Below are positions 18,630-27,987 of a DNA stretch of 64,000 bases, in pieces (position 1 is the stretch's first letter; each line of letters begins with the position of its first letter). The notes under the pieces are model-generated. The model did not search any database. It was not told the DNA's origin and saw only the letters and a list, made by a program, of their open reading frames with translations. Location of the stretch: positions 14,091 through 78,090 of the forward strand of contig JABIJM010000020.1 in the NCBI GenBank assembly GCA_018655525.1, in the 5' to 3' direction. The stretch is from Candidatus Woesearchaeota archaeon. GTDB taxonomy: Archaea; Nanobdellota; Nanobdellia; Woesearchaeales; GW2011-AR9. The translations under genes were made by a program, and so were the position numbers.

Positions 18630-18905
18630 TGCTTTCTTAAGATACTTCCCTACTGTTGCTCCTTGATTCAATGCAACCAAGGATAAATATCCAGCAACAA
18701 CTGCACCTCCAGCAAGTGTAGCTGCCATGCTACCATTTAAAATTTTATCAGATAAATCGGGATATTGGTGATAAAATTGTGTTTGTTCAATTGCACCATT
18801 TAAATACCATAAAGACAAAGAACCTAAAAAAGGAGTTAATTTAAATTGTATCAAAGAATCATAAAATTTATTTTTCTCTTGTTTTGTTAAGTTATCTAGT
18901 ATCAT
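18621..18905 (-). CDS. Small membrane protein, hypothetical
   Basis: Two hydrophobic segments; coupled to upstream ORF. Confidence 0.55.
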   Translation of the reverse strand: MILDNLTKQEKNKFYDSLIQFKLTPFLGSLSLWYLNGAIEQTQFYHQYPDLSDKILNGSMAATLAGGAVVAGYLSLVALNQGATVGKYLKKALF

Positions 18906-19510
18906 TAGAAACCTGGTCTTATAAATCCTTCATACATGCTTGTTTTCACACAAGACCTATACCTATTATCTGTTCTATTATCTTTGATTTTTTTGAAACC
19001 ACACATCCTTTTAGAAGATTTAATACATTCTTTTTCTAATTTTGATGTTGGTCCAAAATGCAATACACTTTCACTATTTTTACGCATATTTTGAACAGTA
19101 TTCACATAACTTCTACATGCATTTATTGTGAATTCGTCACTTTGATTTTTGTAATGATTTTTTACTCTTGGTCGTTTTTTAGATTTTATAAATAACGGAG
19201 GAATTACAGCTCTTCGCTTCTTTCCAATAGAAACATTTGCATCTCTACCTGTTGCATAACCATTGTCCATTTGGCCTAACCCATGAATTCTTCCATAACC
19301 ATTTCCTGATTGATAGCCTAAGCCATCACCAAATTTTGGTGTTGACGGATTCCAAACTGGTGCTTGTTTTGCAATATAAGTTACATTAGGTTCTTCATGA
19401 GTTACAGCTGGTTTCTCAATAGATGTTTGTTTAACTTGTACTGGTGCACAAGCAATAGACATAGCCACTGCAAGTGGTGCTAATTTATGTAGTATATTTG
19501 TTAGTATCAT
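18905..19510 (-). CDS. Putative lipoprotein
   Basis: SIAC lipobox-like signal. Confidence 0.55.
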   Translation of the reverse strand: MILTNILHKLAPLAVAMSIACAPVQVKQTSIEKPAVTHEEPNVTYIAKQAPVWNPSTPKFGDGLGYQSGNGYGRIHGLGQMDNGYATGRDANVSIGKKRRAVIPPLFIKSKKRPRVKNHYKNQSDEFTINACRSYVNTVQNMRKNSESVLHFGPTSKLEKECIKSSKRMCGFKKIKDNRTDNRYRSCVKTSMYEGFIRPGF

Positions 19511-19515
19511 ATTAA

Positions 19516-20064
19516 TTACATCTCAACATTATGTTTATTACCATCTCTATCTACAGCGACAGCTACTCTGATCCTGGTTTCTGGAACTTGAATGTGATAT
19601 TCAAATCCATTTTTTTGAACACTTATTGTTTGAAGAGCTCTTCCTGTTGATGAATTCCAAGGATAATCTGATTGAACTTTTTGAACTGCTGCATCCAAAA
19701 CACGGTAACATTGTTCAATATCAACACGTTCCATTCCGCCTGAAAGTGTCATGAAATCTCTAGTTTCTTTTGAAGAATCTGTATATTCCCCTCGCATTCC
19801 TTGTTCAAACCTATTGTGTTGACGTTTAGCTGTTTGATAAATATTTCTAAATGCTCTACGTCGTGTTAATTTTTCATGTTCAAATTCACTCATATCCTCT
19901 GTAATATCTAAAGCATCTCCTAACATTGGAAAAGAATGGAGTAAAGTTTCTGACACAACATATTTATCACTTCCTGGAACAGGAGTTTTTCTTCCTTCCA
20001 TAATATCATTATGCGTAGCCATAAAAATATCTCTTGCTTGAACTAATTTATCATTTATTGTCAT
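19516..20064 (-). CDS. Hypothetical protein
   Basis: 182-aa ORF with GAGGT SD and TATA upstream. Confidence 0.6.
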   Translation of the reverse strand: MTINDKLVQARDIFMATHNDIMEGRKTPVPGSDKYVVSETLLHSFPMLGDALDITEDMSEFEHEKLTRRRAFRNIYQTAKRQHNRFEQGMRGEYTDSSKETRDFMTLSGGMERVDIEQCYRVLDAAVQKVQSDYPWNSSTGRALQTISVQKNGFEYHIQVPETRIRVAVAVDRDGNKHNVEM

Positions 20065-20139
20065 TTTGTGTGTTTACCTCTATTTAAGTATAAAATAGGA
20101 GGAATACTTTATAAACCTTTCGTCCCTTTTAAGTAGAGA

Positions 20140-20733
20140 TTAAGCAACTCTTTTTTTCTCTATCTTTTTCACGGTTGCAATAAGGGAAGAGATCCATGTT
20201 TCTACTGTTTCAATGGTAGCATCTAAAGTAGAGATATGTTCAATAAGAGAAAGCATAAATTCTTCAAGTTGTTTAACTGAACGTCCTCTTGAAATATGTT
20301 GGTCTAAAAGCATAATCCCTGTCCTCACATTATTAAATGCATGAAATAAAAGATTCATGTGCTCTTTCAAACCTTTTCTTAATTTATCTTGGACTTCTAC
20401 ATAATTCTGTTGATATTCAAGTGGAACACCTACTTTTTCAAATTCCTTATTTAAATCATTAATATAACGATCAAGTCTAAACGAAGTTTTTGATGCAAAA
20501 CGTAATTTTTCTGAAGATTCATTAATATCATTTTTTGTTTGTTTTAAAAGTAACAATTCTTGAGTCCTTAAAACTCCACTTTTATCTTTACGTTGTAAGG
20601 ATTGTTGTAAATTATTTTGAACAAGCATCAATTTTTCTAAATGTTTTTTTGCATGTCCTATATTATCTTTTAATTCATCAACATATTTAAATTCTACAGC
20701 AAGCCATTGAATTACTTCATCTACACTACTCAT
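20140..20733 (-). CDS. Hypothetical helical/coiled-coil protein
   Basis: 197-aa ORF overlapping the pduO-like stop; heptad pattern. Confidence 0.6.
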   Translation of the reverse strand: MSSVDEVIQWLAVEFKYVDELKDNIGHAKKHLEKLMLVQNNLQQSLQRKDKSGVLRTQELLLLKQTKNDINESSEKLRFASKTSFRLDRYINDLNKEFEKVGVPLEYQQNYVEVQDKLRKGLKEHMNLLFHAFNNVRTGIMLLDQHISRGRSVKQLEEFMLSLIEHISTLDATIETVETWISSLIATVKKIEKKRVA

Positions 20734-21310
20734 GCGTGTTCACCCCATTAAAATATTTGTAAATTGGTTGTTGTTCTTTAACTTCCAATTCATTGTTTGC
20801 ACGTCTTGCAAGAACAAATAGTAAATCACTTAATCGGTTCACATAGCAAAGCACAGAAGGATTTACAAGATGATCATTACTTGCTTTTACTAAGACACGT
20901 TCTGTTCTTCGTGTAATAGAACAGCATAAATGTAAAAAAGAACTTGCAATAGTACCTCCAGGTAAAATGAAAGAAGTTTGAGGTGCAAGAACTTCCGCAA
21001 TGTGATCAATGTGTTCTTCTAAATCTTTAATATGTTGTTGTTGGATTTTTGGAAGGTTATAATCGGGCATATGGGAACTTGCCATATCAGAACCAACAGT
21101 AAAAAGATCGTTTTGAATTTTAGAGAGTAGTTCACGTAACTTTTCATTCTCAATAAAACATAATGTTACACCAATCACAGAATTCAATTCGTCTATAGAA
21201 CCAAGTACTTCTATACGAAAATCATCTTTAGAGACTCTTGTTCCTCCATAAAAAGAGGTTTTTCCTTGATCACCTGTTTTTGTATATATTTTCATCTTAA
21301 TATCCTTCAC
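20726..21310 (-). CDS. pduO: PduO-type cob(I)alamin adenosyltransferase (likely start 21295)
   Basis: KIYTKTGDQGKT, GSIDELNS, FILPGG, RRTER, NRLSDLLF. Confidence 0.93.
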   Translation of the reverse strand: MKDIKMKIYTKTGDQGKTSFYGGTRVSKDDFRIEVLGSIDELNSVIGVTLCFIENEKLRELLSKIQNDLFTVGSDMASSHMPDYNLPKIQQQHIKDLEEHIDHIAEVLAPQTSFILPGGTIASSFLHLCCSITRRTERVLVKASNDHLVNPSVLCYVNRLSDLLFVLARRANNELEVKEQQPIYKYFNGVNTHE

Positions 21311-23363
21311 CTATGTTAATAACTTGATCTTCATAACTTCCATCCCTATAAATGGTGATACCTTTACATTTAGATTTCCATGCAAGAAGGTATGCTTCTT
21401 CAACATCTTTAATGGATGTTGTTCTTGGGAAGTTGATTGTTTTTGAGATGGAATTATCTACATTTTTTTGTAAGGTTGATTGCATTTTAATGTGCCATTC
21501 AGGTGCAATGTCCTGTGCTGTCACAAAAATGTCCCTTACATCTTTTGGAATTTCTTTAAATCCTTGAATACTTCCTGCTTTTGCAATTTTTCTGATTAAT
21601 TCTGGTGTATAAAATCCTCGTTCTCTTGAAACACGTTCAAAGGTTTTATCTAAATAAATTATTTCTGAATCTCCCAACACCGTTTTTTGATAAGAGATTG
21701 CAAATAGTGGTTCACAACCAGGAGAAGCATCAGCCATGATACTAATTGTTCCTGTTGGTGCCAAGGAATTACAAGTAATATTTCGCATTTTTCGTCCTGC
21801 TTTTTGATGATCAGACCCATGCCATGCGGAACATACACCACGTTGTTCAGCAAGTTTAGAGGACATTTCGTAGGTTGTAGTTTTAATAAAACTCATCAAT
21901 TTTTCTGCAAATTCTAAACCTTTATCTGAATCATATTTTAAACCTAATTTTATTAAACAATCTGCAAACCCCATCATTCCCAAACCAAATTTTCTAGAAC
22001 GTTTTGTTCGTTCTTCAATAATTTTAAGAGGATAACTATTCATATCTATGACATTATCCAAAAAGTGAACTGCAGTTTTGATTGTTTCATAAAGATCATC
22101 CCACAATATATCCTTTTTTTCTTGATCTACAAATTTGTTTAAGTTTAATGATCCAAGTACAACACCTTCATATGGAAGAAGTGGCGCTTCACCACATTGA
22201 TTTGTTGTTTCAATTTCTCCAAGATGTGCTGCTGGATGTTTTCTATTAATTTCGTCAATAAAAATTAATCCTGGATCACCTGTTTTCCATGCATTCTGTG
22301 TGATCATAGAAAAAACATCTCGTGCTCGGAGTTTACCATGATTTTTTCCGGTTTTAGGATCTGCAATCATATAGTCCCTATCAGCTTCAACTGATTTCAT
22401 AAATCTATCAGTTACTCCTACAGAAATGTTGAAGTTTTTAAGAGATCGTTTATCACGTTTTGATTCTATGAAACGAATGATATCTGGATGATCAACACGA
22501 AGGACTGCCATGTTTGCACCTGGCCGGATTCCTCCCTGTATGATTGCACCGAATGCTTTATCAAAAACCTTCATAAATGCAATGGGACCAGCTGCAACAC
22601 CTTGTCTTCTACCAACAGAATCCATTCTTGAACGTAAACGTGAGAATGAAAAGCCAGTTCCTGCACCACGTTGATGAATCAAAGCCGCATCTTTAAGGGT
22701 TCCAAAAATTCCCTCCATCGTATCATTAATTGGAAGAACAAAACAAGAAGAAAGTTGTTGTGTTTTTGTCCCTGCATTTTTTAAAGTGGGAGAATTAGGC
22801 ATGAATTTTAATTCAGACATTACTTCAAAAAACCTTTTTTGGTAATCTTTAATTTCTGTTTCTGTTGCATTATAATGTTTATCAGCTTGTGCAACATTTT
22901 TCGCAACACGTTGTAACATCTGCTGCGGCGTTTCAATTAAACTACCAAATTCATCTTTTTGAAGATATCTTCTCTCTAAAATTCTTAATGCTTGATGTGA
23001 AAAATTTAAACTTTCTTGAGATTCTTCTGTTCCAAGAATTAATGCTGACGTTTTTCTTTGCTCATCTTTTTTATGTCTGTGAAGAATATATGCTTTTGCG
23101 ATTTTAACATGCCCACGCTCTATAAGAACTTCTTCTACCAAATCTTGAACTACTTCAGCAGAAGGGACACCTTCTTTATGGCGTGCTTTGAGGTAGGTAA
23201 GGACATCATTTGCTAATGCCAAAGATAAAGAACGATCTGCTTGATTTACGGTAAGAGAAGCCTTAAATATTGCATCTGCAATCTTGACAAGATCAAATTT
23301 AACAACTTTTCCACTACGTTTTTTTATATCTTTAAGTTCTGTAATTTTCTGTGAGTCTTGCAT
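21297..23363 (-). CDS. nrdJ: Class II (AdoCbl) ribonucleotide reductase with N-terminal ATP-cone
   Basis: IKKRSG ATP-cone, PNSPTL, SSCFV, TNQCGE, APTGTIS, ISKTINFP, YRDGS. Confidence 0.9.
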   Translation of the reverse strand: MQDSQKITELKDIKKRSGKVVKFDLVKIADAIFKASLTVNQADRSLSLALANDVLTYLKARHKEGVPSAEVVQDLVEEVLIERGHVKIAKAYILHRHKKDEQRKTSALILGTEESQESLNFSHQALRILERRYLQKDEFGSLIETPQQMLQRVAKNVAQADKHYNATETEIKDYQKRFFEVMSELKFMPNSPTLKNAGTKTQQLSSCFVLPINDTMEGIFGTLKDAALIHQRGAGTGFSFSRLRSRMDSVGRRQGVAAGPIAFMKVFDKAFGAIIQGGIRPGANMAVLRVDHPDIIRFIESKRDKRSLKNFNISVGVTDRFMKSVEADRDYMIADPKTGKNHGKLRARDVFSMITQNAWKTGDPGLIFIDEINRKHPAAHLGEIETTNQCGEAPLLPYEGVVLGSLNLNKFVDQEKKDILWDDLYETIKTAVHFLDNVIDMNSYPLKIIEERTKRSRKFGLGMMGFADCLIKLGLKYDSDKGLEFAEKLMSFIKTTTYEMSSKLAEQRGVCSAWHGSDHQKAGRKMRNITCNSLAPTGTISIMADASPGCEPLFAISYQKTVLGDSEIIYLDKTFERVSRERGFYTPELIRKIAKAGSIQGFKEIPKDVRDIFVTAQDIAPEWHIKMQSTLQKNVDNSISKTINFPRTTSIKDVEEAYLLAWKSKCKGITIYRDGSYEDQVINIGEGY

Positions 23364-23411
23364 TGAAAGATTAAGAAGAAAGGATGTTTAAATATTTATT
23401 GGAATGAGAAA

Positions 23412-26400
23412 TCAATTTAACTTCTTTTTATGAAGACGATGAATTGTAGCTCCTAAAGCCACTACTAGAACTAAAGTGAAGAGAATCACCCAGACTATTG
23501 TAAAAGAAACACCTTCTCCAACAAAGTTATCAAGGATTGCACAGCCAACACCAAGTGGGCATCCACCTTTCTTTTCTTCAGCGGTTTCTTCAGAATTTTT
23601 AGAAGAAGGTAGTGACTTCAGTTGTTGGGATTGTTCCCCTATATTAGGTAAAGTAGCTTCTACTAAAACTTCATCTTTTTTTGGAGGAAGACTTCCGCCA
23701 CCACTACTAGAAGAACTGCTTGAATCAGAAGTATCTGTTGCTGCTGCTGCCGCTGCTGTAACCACAACCGTATCAGTTGTATTTAAAGAATCAAAGTTTG
23801 TTCCAGAACAATTTACATCCCATGTAAATGTTCCCGCAGTTGTGAATGCAGAAGTGTTATATTCCCACCGTTCATCCCCACTATAATTAAATTCCATTGA
23901 CACATTGCTTACACTAATATCGGCAATAGTAATATTACATCCTGCATTTGTAAAAGAAGAGGTAATAGCTGTATCATCAGAGCTATTAGTATAGTTTGCA
24001 TAAAAACCAATTAATGTGTTGACTCTTTTCGTCGTTGTATCTGTATCGTCTGTGATGTTAAGTTGAGCTGTTGATCCAGAAACATAACTTGAAAATGAAT
24101 CTGCAGTCACATTAACATGAGTAGCATTATGTGGAACACAAGTAACTGTATTTGTAACATCAAAACAAATAGAAACATCATCATTACATTTCCAGACTAC
24201 ATCACAATTCCCTCCAGGGCTGGGTAGTGTCATAGTAAAATTATCTACACCAAGTTGTTGTTGCATTTGTTGCCAGGTACTTGAATTCATAGAAAAGAAA
24301 TCTCGTCCAGCAAAATCTCCCGCTAGAGCCTTTGAAGAGTTAAAGGCATTATCAAAATTAAAGCTAGCTGCACGCGCAAAATCAACGCCAGTGAAAGTAA
24401 TTCCATTAAAACCTAATTCCACATTCTTCAAAGAATTTAATGAAAGTCCAGTATTTTCATCATAATCAACAAACCCAGCCCCTAAATTAACTGTCATATT
24501 ATAGCCGGTGACTCCAGAAAAATTAAATGCAAGTTCAGTTTGATTGGATTGAGTGGTAAAATTAAGACAAGAACTAATATATCTATTATCTGCTTGATCA
24601 GTAATATTCATTTTATAAAAATAAGTTGTACTGTTTTGTAAGGAGGAATCAATGGTAGTATTATCAATATAAATAAAGTGAGTTGAGATGTGATTATTTG
24701 ATGATGAAAGAGTGGCATTTCGCTGTGCTTCATCACAGGTACTATTAAGATCGTAATAAATTACTTCACCAAGAACTGGCTCCGTTGCTACAAATCCAAT
24801 ATTTGCATGATCATAATCTGTGGTAACTTGACTATTTTTTATTTGTGGAGACTTTGTATCAGATCCCGGATCATAGGAGTTACTACAAGCGGGATCGATG
24901 AAACAATCTTCATCATCACAATCTGTACTTCCATCAACATCATTATCTACATTATCAAAACAAGAATACTCTTGTTTGACAAAATTATGTCCTGGATCGA
25001 AGGAAGAGTCACATTGATCGGGATTATTGATACAATCTGGAGGGAAAGCATCCATCCAACCGCCATCTCCTAAGACCCCATTACCATCCCCATATTCAAA
25101 TGATGCAGAATCTTCATGACAAAAAGCTCCATAAGGTCCTTCAGTTTCCCAAAGACATAATTTAGAACTAGCACCACACGCAAACTCAGTAACACATATA
25201 TCACAAAATGTGTTACAATCAAAATTATCTTGGTTTGGGAAACATCCGTTATTATAAGAATCATAAGTGCAACCAGCAGCAATACATGCAGAAGAATCTC
25301 CTTGATAATCACCACATCCAACTACACCTGTTATATTTGATTCAAAAATTGTAATGTTAATTGAACTGGTAGTAGCACTAATAGATTGATTACTTGTTAC
25401 ATTAGCAAATGCGGAAAAGAAGTGTTTGTTTGATGATGAATCAGCAGTTGCATTCATATTCCAAGAAACAAGTTGGGATTCACCAGAATTTAAGGTTACA
25501 TTTGATGGATTACTTGAATTAACATAATAGGGGTTAGCGCCAATTGTACCATTAACTAAACCAGATTTACTTACAGCTTCATCACCGCCTGCAAAGAAAG
25601 AATTTGTTAAATCAAAAATTGCAGCAGCAGAAGTAGCACAGCCACTATCTCCTTCAACACAAGTGCAATTACTTGCTGTTACAGCATCATTGCCATTCCT
25701 TTGGTAACTAGGACAATAATAATCATCCCCAAGTAATACATTTGTACATTGACCTGTTCCAGCACCAAGTGGAGTTCCATCACAACCTCCATCAATAATG
25801 ACGGTTTTTGTTTCCGAAGCACAACCAAAAATTTCATTAGCCCATTCCGTACTACCAAACCCAAACAAGTCATTACATGCATTTGTACAACTAAGCGTAT
25901 CCGGGTCACAACCAAAGATAGAATCTAAACTAACATTAATTTCTCCACAGTCAGCATCATTACAAGATACGTTGACAGTGAAGGTTGTAAAAAGATTTTT
26001 ATTAAAATTAACATTTGTATTTGGCGTAACCAAGTTAATTCCAATAGTTGCAGGTGTTGGAAGAATTTCAGTTCCAACTATGATTAGATTATTACCATTA
26101 TTTCCAACAGAAGTGACATTCAGAGTAACAGAATAATTGTTTGATACACCACTTGCAACTGTAAGTTCAATATCCGAGGTTCCACCACCAACAACATTAG
26201 TTAGGGTAGTGACATTAGACGAAGCTATATCTGCATTACTACTATTGATTACTGAAACTAAATAACTATCAGTATTGGTTCCAGAATTTGTGAGTGTGAT
26301 GGAGTAGGATGCAGAAGATGAATTAATAATTGATTGATTGAAAGGTTGTGAGAGTGAGAAAGCATAAGGAGTAGTAATTGTAAGATTAATTGGACTTGTG

Positions 26401-27908
26401 GTCGCACTTATATCTGTATTGGTGGTTGTATTTGCAAATGAAAAGATAGGATAAAGTGTTGAAGCAAAATCAGCCGTTGCATTTAGATACCATGTAACCA
26501 ATTGCGAATCACTTGGGTTTAAAGTTATTGTGGAGGGATTAGTTGAATTAAGGTAAAACGGAGAAGTTCCAGTGATATTACTTATCAAACCAGCAGAATT
26601 ACCACTTGCAAAAAATTCATGTGTTAAATCAAAACCTGTTGCATTAGAAGAACCAGTACAACCACTTCCTCCGTCCTGACAACCACAATCATCCGATGTA
26701 ACACCAGAATTACTGTTTCTCTCATAACTAGGACAAAAATAAGTATCATCTACCGGAGCAACAAGTGCACATTGACCTGTCCCAGCACCAAGAAAAATAT
26801 CACATTGTGAATCAACAAAAATGACATCAGATGCAGAAGCAGAGCAAGCAAAAGCTCCATCCCAAACCCATCCACTAGTATCTGCACTATACAAACCATC
26901 ACAAGCATTTGTACAACTCAAAATATCAGGATCACAACCAGAGGTACGTTCCAAACTCACATTAACTTCACCACAATCAACAACATCACAACTCACATTT
27001 ACGGTAAAATTTGTTAAAACATTTTGTGTGAAATTAGCATTGCCAGTTGGGCTTACTAAACTAATTGATACATTTGCTAATTGAGGATTTACTTCTGTTC
27101 CAATTGTGATATTATAACTTAATGAGGTATTTCCTTCAGAAGTAACATTCACCATCACAGAATAATTATCGGGTGTATAACTTCCTACTATAAGAAGAAT
27201 ATCCGAAGCACCGGCACTACTAATATTTTCTATTAAAGTTGTATTTATTGATGCAAAATCTGCATCATCAATATTAAGAGAGGTAAGGGTATAATTATCT
27301 TGGCTAGTTCCATCGTTCGTCAAAGTAATAGTATAAGTAGCAACCGTATTATTTCTAATAGATTGATTTGCAGGTTGAGATAAAGAGAACGTAAATGGAG
27401 TGCCACCATCACCAGCTCCTGCAAAGAATTCATGTGATAAATCAATAAAATCTGAAGCTGTCCCACATGGCCCATCAAATTCAAAACAAACACAATCGCC
27501 ATTTACAACAGCAGAATCACCATTTCTTTCATAACTTGGACATTGATACAGTGCGATGGAACCCGTTGCAATTTCTGCACATTGTCCCGCTCCAGGTGTT
27601 GCCGCTGGAGAAATCCCACAATCAGCATTGCCTAAAATGAAAGCCCCTTCTGTATTTGCCTCAAAACATTGACCCAAGTCAGGACCCCATGAAGTTACAG
27701 GTAAACCAATAAATAAATCATCACAGGTAACTGTACAATCAGCACCATCAGGGTTACAACCAGAGATTACATTTATTGAATAAGAATCTTCATTAACACC
27801 AATCACTGCTCCAGTAATAGAAACATCTGAAAAAACATAAACTGTAAAAACAGCTAGAAAAATAACAACTACAAATAGATACACCCCTTTATTATTTCCC
27901 TCAAACAT
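23412..27908 (-). CDS. Large surface protein (1498 aa) with triplicated Cys-rich modules and Ig-like domains
   Basis: N-terminal TM + ITGAVIG, three copies of GCxPD..CT..C...GAG.GQC...CPSY[EQ]RN, many N-x-S/T sequons, Ser-rich linker, C-terminal TM. Confidence 0.85.
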   Translation of the reverse strand: MFEGNNKGVYLFVVVIFLAVFTVYVFSDVSITGAVIGVNEDSYSINVISGCNPDGADCTVTCDDLFIGLPVTSWGPDLGQCFEANTEGAFILGNADCGISPAATPGAGQCAEIATGSIALYQCPSYERNGDSAVVNGDCVCFEFDGPCGTASDFIDLSHEFFAGAGDGGTPFTFSLSQPANQSIRNNTVATYTITLTNDGTSQDNYTLTSLNIDDADFASINTTLIENISSAGASDILLIVGSYTPDNYSVMVNVTSEGNTSLSYNITIGTEVNPQLANVSISLVSPTGNANFTQNVLTNFTVNVSCDVVDCGEVNVSLERTSGCDPDILSCTNACDGLYSADTSGWVWDGAFACSASASDVIFVDSQCDIFLGAGTGQCALVAPVDDTYFCPSYERNSNSGVTSDDCGCQDGGSGCTGSSNATGFDLTHEFFASGNSAGLISNITGTSPFYLNSTNPSTITLNPSDSQLVTWYLNATADFASTLYPIFSFANTTTNTDISATTSPINLTITTPYAFSLSQPFNQSIINSSSASYSITLTNSGTNTDSYLVSVINSSNADIASSNVTTLTNVVGGGTSDIELTVASGVSNNYSVTLNVTSVGNNGNNLIIVGTEILPTPATIGINLVTPNTNVNFNKNLFTTFTVNVSCNDADCGEINVSLDSIFGCDPDTLSCTNACNDLFGFGSTEWANEIFGCASETKTVIIDGGCDGTPLGAGTGQCTNVLLGDDYYCPSYQRNGNDAVTASNCTCVEGDSGCATSAAAIFDLTNSFFAGGDEAVSKSGLVNGTIGANPYYVNSSNPSNVTLNSGESQLVSWNMNATADSSSNKHFFSAFANVTSNQSISATTSSINITIFESNITGVVGCGDYQGDSSACIAAGCTYDSYNNGCFPNQDNFDCNTFCDICVTEFACGASSKLCLWETEGPYGAFCHEDSASFEYGDGNGVLGDGGWMDAFPPDCINNPDQCDSSFDPGHNFVKQEYSCFDNVDNDVDGSTDCDDEDCFIDPACSNSYDPGSDTKSPQIKNSQVTTDYDHANIGFVATEPVLGEVIYYDLNSTCDEAQRNATLSSSNNHISTHFIYIDNTTIDSSLQNSTTYFYKMNITDQADNRYISSCLNFTTQSNQTELAFNFSGVTGYNMTVNLGAGFVDYDENTGLSLNSLKNVELGFNGITFTGVDFARAASFNFDNAFNSSKALAGDFAGRDFFSMNSSTWQQMQQQLGVDNFTMTLPSPGGNCDVVWKCNDDVSICFDVTNTVTCVPHNATHVNVTADSFSSYVSGSTAQLNITDDTDTTTKRVNTLIGFYANYTNSSDDTAITSSFTNAGCNITIADISVSNVSMEFNYSGDERWEYNTSAFTTAGTFTWDVNCSGTNFDSLNTTDTVVVTAAAAAATDTSDSSSSSSSGGGSLPPKKDEVLVEATLPNIGEQSQQLKSLPSSKNSEETAEEKKGGCPLGVGCAILDNFVGEGVSFTIVWVILFTLVLVVALGATIHRLHKKKLN

Positions 27909-27987
27909 CTATAGTTAGGAAAATTTTAGACTTTATAAATATGACGTATTATAATAGGCGAGGATAAGAAGAAAAATAAAATAAAAA

